A stretch of 64,000 nucleotides of DNA from Eledone cirrhosa (taxonomy: Eukaryota). Under the pieces are notes generated by a model. The model saw only the letters and a program-made list of their open reading frames with translations, searched no databases and was not told the origin of the DNA. The translations under genes and the position numbers were made by a program. The stretch is from the NCBI GenBank assembly GCA_964016885.1, contig OZ024741.1, positions 381,982,001 to 382,046,000 of the forward strand, written 5' to 3'. Below are positions 53,885 to 64,000 of the stretch, one piece after another; positions within the stretch are counted from its first letter, which is position 1; each line of letters begins with the position of its first letter.

Positions 53885-55932
53885 TTACCTTACTTCTCGT
53901 ACGGGAAGGACGGCTTTTCCATCCTTTTCACTGCTTGTGGCCTCCTCAGGAAGGATGTCCTTATAAATCCTCCTGGAGAGTGCTTGTCGGAAGTCTCCGA
54001 TGTCTTTGGGGAATTTTTGTTTTAATGTCATGTACGTTTTCTGTGTGATGCGAGTGATTTGTATGTGTGGAGGTGGTGTGAATTTTGGGGTTGTTGTGTA
54101 GTCTTTTTCTGTGATGCTGGTATTGTGTTGGATGTAGTGTAATAATTGCTTGTTGTTCAAATTTAATGCTGTGTAGTGTGTATCGTTTTGGTTGTTTTGT
54201 TTTGCGTTTGTTGTGGGTTTGTTTCTGTTTCGCATTTTGGTGACTTTTGTGGTGTAGGTGATGGTGGTGCTGGGGATAATGATGGTGATGGTGTTGGTGT
54301 TTGGGTTGATGGGGTTGGTGATGCTGGTGTGGATGGTGGCATATCTGTCCTAACTTTTTTGTTTCTTAGTTTATTTTCCTAGTTTGTTTCCTTAGTTTAT
54401 TTTCCTAGTTTATTTCCTTAGTTCATTTTCTTAGTTTGTTTCCCTCTGTATTTTGTTTTTGGAGGGGGAGGAAGAGAATTTTTTCTTCTTTGGTTTCTTT
54501 TTTTTTTTCCGGATATCGTTTCCCACTCCTCGTCGTCATAATCTGTCTCCAGTTGTGATAGGCCGGGGAGTGGAAACTCCTCCACAGCCGTTAGTTTTGG
54601 TTGTGGTGTGGTGGAGGGTGTAGGCGCTGGTGCTAGTTCTGAAGCGTTGGGTGGTGGTGGTGTTGGTTTTGCTGGTGGTGTTGGTTTTGCTACTGTTGCT
54701 GGGGTTGTTGCTGTTATAGTTGCTTCTGTTGTTGCTGCTACAGTTGTTGCTGCAATCTCTGCTACTGGTGGTGTTGATGGTTGTGTCACTGGGGTGGGTA
54801 GGAGATGTGGCCTCAACCTTTTAGCCTGATGGCAGAAAGCCCTTAGGTGGCTTCCTTCACCACAAACGACACACCTAGGTCTTCTGCCCTCGACAATTAC
54901 GGTGAGGTGGCTGCCGTCAGTGAGGTCTATTACCTCTGGCATCTCCTCAATGCTTTTTTGGTCCTCTTGGATCAGGAGCTCCATCCCAGATCCGGACCAG
55001 TTCTCCTGCTTTTCTTTTGCTATTGCTATTATTTTCGTATTGGCTTCCATGCCGGCGAGGACAGCCGCTATTAGCCAGGGAATATCGATGGCCGGTGGAA
55101 CGTGGGTCACCCTGATCTTTACGAGTCTCTGGCCACAATAGCTTGGGACGAGTGTGAATTCGTCACTTCTTAATGGGGCCATGGAGTGTTCTCTAGCCTC
55201 CTCTGGTGTTTCAAAGAACACGTCCACGGTTCCATACTTTTGCCCACGTCTGATGTGGGTTTTTCTTGCCCACACATGTCCCAAAGCTTTTTGGATTTGG
55301 GACTCGGATGCCCGTTCCACTCGGCGCGATTTTGCATTTATTGTTCTATACGACACGGTGCACAGGCGCCGATGCTCCATTTTATTAGGTGGGGGTGGGT
55401 GGGGGTGAGGCTGACCCTGTACCCATCTTTCTTTACCATTTGTTTGGCATTTTCTAAATCCTCCTGAGTTACCGTAAATGCTTCGAACTGTTTTGCTACT
55501 CTGGCGAAACTGAGGGGGGGGGGGGGGGTTTATAATGTCATTGTTGTTGTTGTTGCTATCGTTAATATTAATTTTAGTTTCAGTTGTGGTGGTGGTGACG
55601 TCAGTCGTCTATGGTGGGGAAGAGTCCATTTTGCTTGATTTCATTTCGACATCACGAGTTAATTTATTTATTTCTTCTTTTGTTTCTGTTGTCGCGGTGG
55701 TGGTGGTGGTGCTGGTTGTCGCGGTGGTGGTGGTGGTGGAGGCTTTAACACCTGCAGTCACTGGTAATGGCGGGAAATGAATGTCTGCCTGAGACAAATT
55801 TAAAATATTGCTACTGCTTATATTTTTTTTTGTGTTGGCAAACGTAGTAACATTTACAATGGTGGTGTCGGTGTGAGGTGTTATTTTGTGAGGAAGGCTT
55901 TCAGCTGCTTCGTGCAGAGGTGAATTAGCCAT
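53885..55932 (-). pseudogene. Tx1 ORF1 (nucleic-acid-binding protein with CCHC knuckle), broken into pieces
   Basis: 54418-55380 has an RRM-like region and CVVCGEGSHLRAFC, then a P/T-rich tail; breaks at the G-run (~55515) and at short tandem repeats (54360-54440). Confidence 0.82.
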
Positions 55933-56141
55933 TTTTTTTTCAAATAAATTTTTTGATAATAATAAAAGTTAAAATTTTGGGCACAAGGCCCCAATCTTTT
56001 TGGGTGTCCTTTTCGGAAAACAACGTATGTGTGCTTATAAACAGTTAACAATAAAATTGTCCATAAATGGCAATTTTTAACAAACGGAAATAACAAACCT
56101 TTGCGGAGCTCACGTTGATACGATTTACTACGTAGGTCGCC

Positions 56142-56200
<59 letters not shown>

Positions 56201-56399
56201 GTGTAAGTCAAACATGTTAAAGTTAGCTTCGTGTATTCCAGCTCGCTGCTATACATATTTCAGTGACAGCCATTATTGGCTCTAACCTCATCAGGCAGTA
56301 AGAATTCAGGCAGAAAAACACGGAAGATATGATGTTGTAATGGGTTCTACCTTGTTAATTCATCGATATGTTCAGCTACTGTATGTGTTGTTAGAACCC

Positions 56400-56725
56400 A
56401 TTATAACTTCATTCTAGAACTGAATATGGCCTTACCACAAGCATAACTACAACCTGCAATATGTAAACAAGCACTCGGACCACCCTATGTCTGTAATAGA
56501 CGCCTTGGTAAAAGGGGCCTCCACACGCGTATCTCTCCTGTCAGCTAACGCAGATATGTTCAACCAGCATGCCGATTATTATAATGAGGCACTGCTCAGG
56601 GCCGGTAACGCAGAAGCTATAGTGTACATCCCAGACAGGGCAGGGCCTAGTGGCGAGAAACGCATATACACGGATAGCAATAGTACTTTCATAGGTACGC
56701 ATCTAATACTAGGGCTAGTAATATA
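56400..56725 (+). pseudogene. PLE-7, Naiad-like internal thumb fragment
   Basis: PYHKHNYNLQYVNKHSDHP...[27 protein letters not shown] matches PYHKPNENLKYINKGSCHP...RISTLSSS of PLE-1. Confidence 0.8.
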
Positions 56726-56740
56726 GGTTACCGTAGTGAC

Positions 56741-56941
<201 letters not shown>

Positions 56942-56983
56942 GATATTAAATAAATGGAAATTATATTTATAAAACCATATTTA

Positions 56984-57045
56984 TTTCATTATATATATTT
57001 CAGGGATATCATATTAAAAATATGTTTTGCCTTCCTCAGACAAAA
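56984..57045 (-). ncRNA. Type-I HHR motif, family B
   Basis: ttttgt-CTGAGGA-agg...cct-GAAA-tatata-TA-atgaaa. Confidence 0.72.
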
Positions 57046-57546
57046 TACAATATAAACAGTCTTATAAATAGATAGATTCGACATACCCTTTCAACATCGA
57101 CTTGCATTTGAAAAGTTGATTTAGTCAACGATGGTTGCTGGACACTACGGCTTAATACGGGATGTTTGTTTACAAACACACCGAGCATTATAATAAATGT
57201 TCGGTGAATCCATACGTACATATATATATATGTGTGCATGTATGTATATATACATATACATACTACCTACTGTACGTATGTATACATATATGTATGTACG
57301 TGTACATATTTATATTTATATATATATATATATATGTAAATATCTTTAAGTCGTTTGGAAGCCTCGACAATGCAAACGGGTAAATCTCCGGGTAACAAGA
57401 TACGGTGGTGGAGAGAGAGATGTAAGTGGGTGAACGTTGAGATGCGTGGTGTGTATGAGATGTGTAGAAGAATGAAGGAAAGAGTATATAGGATAAAATA
57501 AAAATAACAACACGAGGGAGAGTTACCTTGGGAGAGAGTTAATAGT

Positions 57547-57582
57547 CCCTATATATTTCGGATTCACATCCATCAACTGGGG
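57547..57582 (-). ncRNA. Degenerate minimal HHR in the 3' region of PLE-8
   Basis: ccc-CAGTTGA-t-ggat-gtga-atcc-GAAA-tata-TA-ggg; core is mutated. Confidence 0.45.
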
Positions 57583-57978
57583 TTTTTTCCGGGGTGGGGG
57601 AAAGGTTGTCTGTCGGACAGGTGCGAAACGCGTCCTCCGCTGTTTGTTGTTTTGAATATCAGAGGTATTCGGCAGAGCGCGCGCGCGCGTGAAATGGGGT
57701 CGGTCGGGCAGAGGTCAGCGGCCGAATGAAGCAGTGGGGTGGCGCTGGCTGTCAGTACATTCTCTGCTTGTTTGTTAAATGTTACTGTGTGTGTGCGTGT
57801 GTTGTTGTCTCGCTTGAGTGCGTGTGTGTGTGCGTGTTGTTGCCTTGTTCCTCTGTATTGGCAGTGTGGTATGTTCGTATCGTGGAATGCTACTGTGTGT
57901 GCGTGCGTGTGTGTGTGTAGTTGTCTCGTTTGTGTGTGTGTGTGTGTGTGTGCGTGTGTTGCTGCATCGTTTGTTAGC

Positions 57979-59351
57979 TTAAACCAGCCATCTCATTTCG
58001 CTTCTCTCTGATCGGTTGTTTATTTGCGGTTGCAGGCGTTTGATAAAAAGCGCTTCCTTGATACGTAACGTGCCGACGTTTCTTTCAGTCGCTAGAATTG
58101 TGACAATGGGCCTTCCGTCTTTGTTTCCGCATTTGTCTTTGTGTTTCCGGAAAGACGAGGCCCTGGTTTTAGTGTGTTCCTTGATCCGGATGTGCAAAGG
58201 TCGGATTGTGCTACCTATGTAGTATATTGGTTGCACCTGTCACATTCTATCTGATACACGACGTATGTGCGTAGGCAACAGTTCGCATGGCGTATCGAGC
58301 AGTCTCAGAGGGAGCATGCGTCAGTAGATTTCTCGGGTTTCCTGGAGAGGCATCTTCGCAGGGAGGGGCCCGAGTGGGGAAGGTGGATGTCGAGGCCCTC
58401 CCTCCGTATAGCCTCGCGGATAGCGTTGGTGGTATTCTCGCCCAGGTGTTGCATTTTAAGGAAGCACTTTCCTTGGGTGCCTCTCTGTCTCTTGCGGCTG
58501 GTGTCTCCTATTCTGTCTGTGATCGAGGTAGGGTACCCGTTCGTCTCCAGAACCTCGAGGAATCGTTTGGTATGAGTGACACCACTCGCGGGATCGCTGC
58601 ATCTGTTTTTGATTCGTGTGATCTCGTTCGTGATGTATCGTCTTTTGGCACTGTTAGGGAGGGCGGACTTGTAGTGAACGAACAGGTCCCTGCAGCCTGC
58701 CTTTCGGTAGAAGTTGCAGTGGATCCTTCCCTGTTCCCTGATGTTGATTCGGAAGTCGAGGAGGGCAAGTGACCCTTCTTCGTTGGGGTGTTCAACACTG
58801 AAGTCAATGTTCTCGTCCCTGTTGTTGAACGTCTCATAGATTCTGTTCGCCGTGTCTTGGGAAGATGTGAGGATGATGATATCGTCCACGTACCTTGAGA
58901 ACAAGGCTACGGCGTTGGGGTGGCAGGCGTTGAGTGCCTTGCGTTCGAGGTTGTCCATGTAAGAGATCGCTAGCACACCTGATAGGCTTGATCCCATGGG
59001 CAATCCCGAGGTTTGTTGGTATATTTGGTCAAGGAATCCGAAGTAGGTGTTGTCGACGACGATGGATAGGAGTTGGTGGATGTCAGTGGTGGTGAGCCCG
59101 AAGCAGTGTAGGTCGGTGGATTGGACGCGTTCCATCAGTATATTGACGGACGCGAGTGCCGGGACCGAGGTGTAGAGAGCGACTACATCAAGGCTGAAGG
59201 CATATCTGTTATTCCTTCTGATGTCGGGATCCATTTGATGCAGGCGCTTCAACACCTCCCCGGAGCTGTTAACGTGTCCCGGCAAGGTGTCTAAGATGGG
59301 TTTGAGTATTCTGGCCAGGAGCCATGAGATTTTGTAGAGTGGTCCCTCCAC
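57979..59351 (-). pseudogene. PLE-8, Penelope/Poseidon-like RT plus GIY-YIG, 5'-truncated
   Basis: FSLDVVALYTSVP, YQQTSGLPMGSSLS, RYVDDI, LALLD, FYRK; EN VYQIEC...YIGSTIRPLHIRIKEH...IKEALFI...IN; frameshift in the EN. Confidence 0.93.
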
Positions 59352-59352
59352 A

Positions 59353-59590
59353 TAAAATTTTAGTAAATAAGTTAATTTTTATAATTTTCTTATTTACGTC
59401 TTTCATATAATTGTTCTGCATCCTATTGCATTGAACCACAAATTTACTAAGACAAAACCTATATATTTGCTAGCATTGGTATGCATCTGTATATATATGT
59501 TGGTACATATACTAATTCCTTATAATTATCTCCAAATTATTTTGTTGAGCAAAAATTTGCCAAAACTGTTACTATAGTTCATAGTAATAG
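59353..59590 (+). mobile_element. Fragment of the family-D pLTR-like repeat
   Basis: Matches 32760-32823 and, reverse-complemented, 32085-32255 and 32555-32640. Confidence 0.8.
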
Positions 59591-59632
59591 CTTGGCTACC
59601 CTCTTTTTAACACCCCACTCCTCACTGATTAA

Positions 59633-62628
59633 CCTCGATGGCGTGGGAATCTCTCGACTGGAAGGTTCTGAGGATCCAGGAACACATTCTGCGGGCCATG
59701 TCAACTTTGCTGCTTATATGCGTGGCCCAACTTATGTTGCTGTCCACGGTTACTCCCAAGTCTCTGATGTTGTTAGATGCCACGAGAGTTTCACTGGAGG
59801 GAAGGGAGTACGGGAGTTTCAGAGCATCCTCTTTTCCAAAGTGGATCAGTTCGAATTTGTCTTCGTTCAGTAACATGTTGTTCTTTTCCACCCATTGGGT
59901 AACAGCCAGTAGGTCTGACTGAAGGCTTATCCGCTCATCCACGCCATTGATGACCTTTTGGAGCTTGGAATCATCAGCGAAAATTCTAATGTTCCTGTGT
60001 TTGATGATGTCTGTGATGTCATTAATATAGATGATGAAGAGAATTGGGCCCAAGACAGTGCCTTGTGGGACCCCACTACTGACTTTGGCTGGGCTGGATT
60101 TGACTCCTTCGACTACATGTTGGGTTCTGTTTGACAGGAAGCTCTTGATCCACTGCAGCAGCTTTCCAGTGACACCAATATTGGGCAGCTTTCTCAGTAG
60201 AATTTTGTGATCAACCCTGTCAAAGGCCTTGCTGAAATCAAGGTAGATAACATCAGTGTTGGAAACCCTCTCCCAAGGCTCTCAAAATGTCATCAAAGTG
60301 ATGCAGTAGCTACGTCAGTCAATCCCTTCCATTACGGAATCCATGCTGGTTGGAGTTCAGCATATTGTTACTCTCAAGGAAGTGAGTCATTCGCGATCTC
60401 ACCACTCTCTCAAATACCTTAATGATATGAGAGGTGAGTGAGATTGGACGGTAATTCACGGCAAGGGATTTGTTTCCTATTTTGAAAACTGGGACAACAA
60501 ACTGGGATAGAAGGTTTTCTGGCACATATCCAGCATCCAGTGAGTTCCGCCACAGATTGGCAAGAGGAGATGCAAGTTGGTGTTGACACGCCTTCAAGAC
60601 ACAAGCAGGGAACCTATCGGGACCTACTGCTGAATTATGCTTGATTTCCTTTATTGCCGCTAAGACATCAGGGGCGCCAAACAGTTATGTCCGATAAGGT
60701 GTAATGGGGAGTAACATCGCCGATACAGCCCAGATCGGCCATATCAGGATTGCTGAAAACAGAGCAGTATTGTTTCTGCAGTATCTCACCCATGGTTTTA
60801 GCATTGTCTTGAAGAGTGCCATTTTCATCAATTAGAGGGCCAACAGTAGAGCCAGTGATTTTGTGTTTATTTGCAAATGAAAAGAACACTTTGGGATTGA
60901 GTTTGATCTTCTCAATGGCCCAGGCCTCTTCAGCTCTTCTCTGATTGTTGATGATAAACATCATATAGTTTTGGAGGTTATGTTTTTTAATCTCTAGTGA
61001 TGAAATGGCAGTCAAGTTGATGTTTTGCTGCTGAAAGTATTTCAGCTTGTTGATTTTTTTGTTAGTTCTCTTAATTTTTCTGATGAGCGTTTTTCTATTT
61101 CTAGGGATTCTGCTCTTAGATTTTATTTATAGTTCTTAATGTGGTGTGTTTTGCACATATGTTTGTAACAGTGTCCACAAATGTCTGCCAGGACTTTTTG
61201 ATGTTAGTGGGTGTATGAGTGTGCGTGAAGGACCAGTCGACATGTGCAAGATCATGACTGATCGCTTCCCAGTTTGCATTGTGGAAATCCATAGCGTCAA
61301 ACGGATAGACAGGAGAGATGACATTGGGTTTGTATATTGGACGGTGGAATCTCAGATCACAGAGAACCATGTCATGATCAGAGAGTAGAGTTTTATCCAC
61401 TGCAATATTGTGGATATTGTCAGTGTGATTGCTGAAAATTAAGTCTAGGACATTTCTGTGGCAGCTCGTTGGTTCGAGCACCAGTTGGGAGAGGAAGAAA
61501 TCATCCATAAAGTCAAGAAGCGATTCCACTGCTTCCCTGTCAGAGGTTGAGGCAGAAGAACGTGGTGGCAGGCTGTTTGTGGACCAGTCAACTCCGGGGA
61601 GGTTGAAGTCCCCCATTATTAAGATTTTGTCAGGGTGACACTTTTGGATGAAACACTTTATTCTGTTGAGGCATTACTTGAAGCATGGTAGAGGCGTTTG
61701 GGGTGGCCTATAGAGCCCAACTACTATTAGGTTGTTGGTTTGACAGAATACAGTGACTGCTTCGCAGTATGCATTAGTAAATATGTTCATAGCCTCTGTT
61801 GAGAAAGAATTATGGAAATAAATGGCAGTCCCACCCTTTCTTCTGCCAGCGCGATCAGCACAGATGGCTTTGAAATTTTTTACTTTCTCCTCGGCTTCCA
61901 AGTGGAGGTTACTGAGATGGGTTTCAGTGAGGGCGAAGAAAGGGATGTGGTTTGGATGGACATCAACCCAGTCCTCCAGGAATTTGATCTTCCATTTTTT
62001 GAGTATTGGTGGAAGGGCTGATGCCTTGGGCGTTAAGCAAAAATGTTGAGGCGAGAGTGGATGGTTTTAATTGTTTTGGTGTGTTGTTAATTTGTTTGAT
62101 TGTTAATGGCAGCAATGGGAATTTGTTCAGTGGGGTGATAGTGGAGGGTGGTGCTGGGTGATAGCTCGAATGTTTTTTTCCAGTTATTTTGCCAGATTCA
62201 TTATGGCTAAACAAGAGGAAGACGTTTCCTGTTTAGGAGACTGTTGATGACTGTGGTAGTGTTTATTTTTATGTAGGTTTTTGTTTTTGTTTTTGCTATT
62301 ATTTTTATTTTCATTTGTCCGACGGGTCCCCGGGAGATGGGTAAAGGGACAATCCCGGTGTAAACAGAATCTGTCTCGCAGGGAAAAGCGGCAGATTTGT
62401 GGATTCCTTGTTTGAGTTATTGGTGGTTGTGTTGGTGTTAAATTAGAGTATGTATTATGGTGGTGGCTGTTTGTGGGGATATACCATTTTGTCCTAGGTA
62501 AATGGGTGAATTTGCAGCCACTATCCGTACATATTCTATAGCGTAGAGAGTAGTGGCAAATGATGGGGTTTCGAGTGGGTGTGTATGTGTGTGTATGTGT
62601 TGTGAGAGGTGTAGATGATGGTTTGAGT
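59633..62628 (-). mobile_element. CR1-group LINE: ORF1 remnant with CCCH-like fingers plus disrupted APE-RT ORF2; 3'-truncated
   Basis: ICRFSLRDRFCLHRDCPLPHLPGTR; LLNAQG, LTETH, GLYRPP, MGDFNLP, LDLIF, SDH; NYRPISLTS, QHGFR, YLDFSKAFD, GVPQGTVLGPILF, FADDSKL, RDLGV. Confidence 0.9.
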
Positions 62629-64000
62629 AGTGCCAGGCGCCCAGTTTTCCCGGTATTTGCTTGACCAAGGATTGCAACTCGGTGAGCGAGACGAGTCTGG
62701 GAAAGGCTCGCCTCACAAACGGGCCCACACCAGTTGACCGGTGAGGAATACCTGGAGGTGCAGTAGCCTTAAAGCGTGTTTACGTATAATTAGCCACGTC
62801 ATCCCCAGCCCTCCTTTCGAAGGGTGTTGATAGCAGATGGATCTCCTCACCATAGGAGCCCGCTTCTTCCAAAGGAATTGGAAGAGTGCACGCTCCATTT
62901 TGGCGAGCGTTTCAAGGCACAACGGTCAGGCGGTAGTAGATGACGGACGCTATATAAGTGTTCGCCACCTCAGCCCGACCTTTCATGGACAGTTTGCACT
63001 CGGCACACTTCTGGGTTAGTGAAAACTCCCTGTTCGTTACCTCACCCCAGTTCTTCTCCACCTGGAGGTCTGGTCCGAACCAGACCCCCAGCAACTTCAC
63101 CGGGCATTCCGTCCAGCGCCCGACGACGCCATCGGAGGGCATCGATATTCCCCTCCACGTGCCGAGTTGCAGACCGATGGTCTTGTCCCGGTTCAGCTTA
63201 GCCCCTGTAAACCTTTCGTACTCCTCCAGTAAGGTGCCATCGCTCCGATTTCCGAGGCCGTCGACACCATTACTGTTACGCCATAGGCGTAGGCCGACAC
63301 CGCTTTCCGCATCCCGGTTCCAACGGGATGCCCTGCAACAACTCCACCTTCCGCAGCAGTGGCTCTAGAGTCATTACATACAGAAGGGAGGAGAGAGGGC
63401 ACTCTTGTCGGATGGACCTCGCGATTTCGAACGGCTCCGAGAGGTAGCCGTTCACCTTAACCCTAGAGCAGATGCGGCTGCTGTGTATGACATTGATCCA
63501 GCCCCTTAAACGGGTCCGAAGCCTGCCGCCGCTAGCACCGCATCCATGTAACCATGGTCGACCCTATCGAACACCTTAGATTGATGCAAGTTGATCAGGG
63601 CCCCACCAAAGCCGGGTTCGTTCCCAACCCTCTCTATGATGTATCACATGAGGTGGAGGTTGTCGTGGATGGACCTGGACGGGATAACATATATCTGCGC
63701 ATCTCCCATCAGGTTGCTCACGACAAGCGCCAAACTCTTTGCTAGCTCCTTCGTCAAAATCTGTAACTCTGTATTTACCAGAGTTATGGGCCTGAAATTA
63801 TTTATATCGTCACCCTTGTTCTCGTCCTTCCTCACTAGCCTGACTACGCCCTTGGTCACAGCACAGGGAATTCTCCCGTTCTGTTGCCAGTTGCAGTAGA
63901 CCGCCTCGAGGAGATCGGGGAGCAAGTCCGGCATAGATAGATATAATTCGTATGGAAGACCATCGAAACTCGGGGATTTGCGTTTGCCGCATTGGCTCAG
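62629..64000 (-). pseudogene. Second, more decayed Tx1-like RT fragment (runs off the window)
   Basis: VYCNWQQNGRIP, NNFRPIT, RSIHDNLHLM, PVKLLGVWFGPDLQVEKNWGEV; close paralogue of 50430-52604. Confidence 0.92.

Larger units (their letters stand above)
50184..56141 (-). mobile_element. Apparently full-length Tx1-clade (L1 group) non-LTR retrotransposon
   Basis: ORF1 and ORF2 present; AATAAA about 10 nt before the 3' end; (ATT)n on the sense strand at both ends. Confidence 0.92.

Overview
AT-rich eukaryotic intergenic or intronic DNA with very dense (TA)n/(CA)n/(TG)n microsatellites. The SINE family and repeat profile suggest an invertebrate, possibly an octopus or other cephalopod (inference only). 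No intact host gene can be supported, and most ORFs in the track are microsatellite artefacts. Real content: (1) at least eight Penelope-like retroelement (PLE) remnants (Naiad-, Neptune- and Penelope/Poseidon-like RT and GIY-YIG), mostly embedded in (TA)n; (2) about 18 type-I hammerhead ribozyme (HHR) motifs from several families, often in inverted pairs; (3) a ~14.7-kb stack of five non-LTR retrotransposon copies (three R4/Dong-like, two Tx1-like), each bounded by (TAA)n; (4) a CR1-like LINE, a second Tx1 fragment, R4 and RTE remnants, tRNA-derived SINEs and a non-autonomous Helitron. All alignments and folds were done by eye, so boundaries are approximate.
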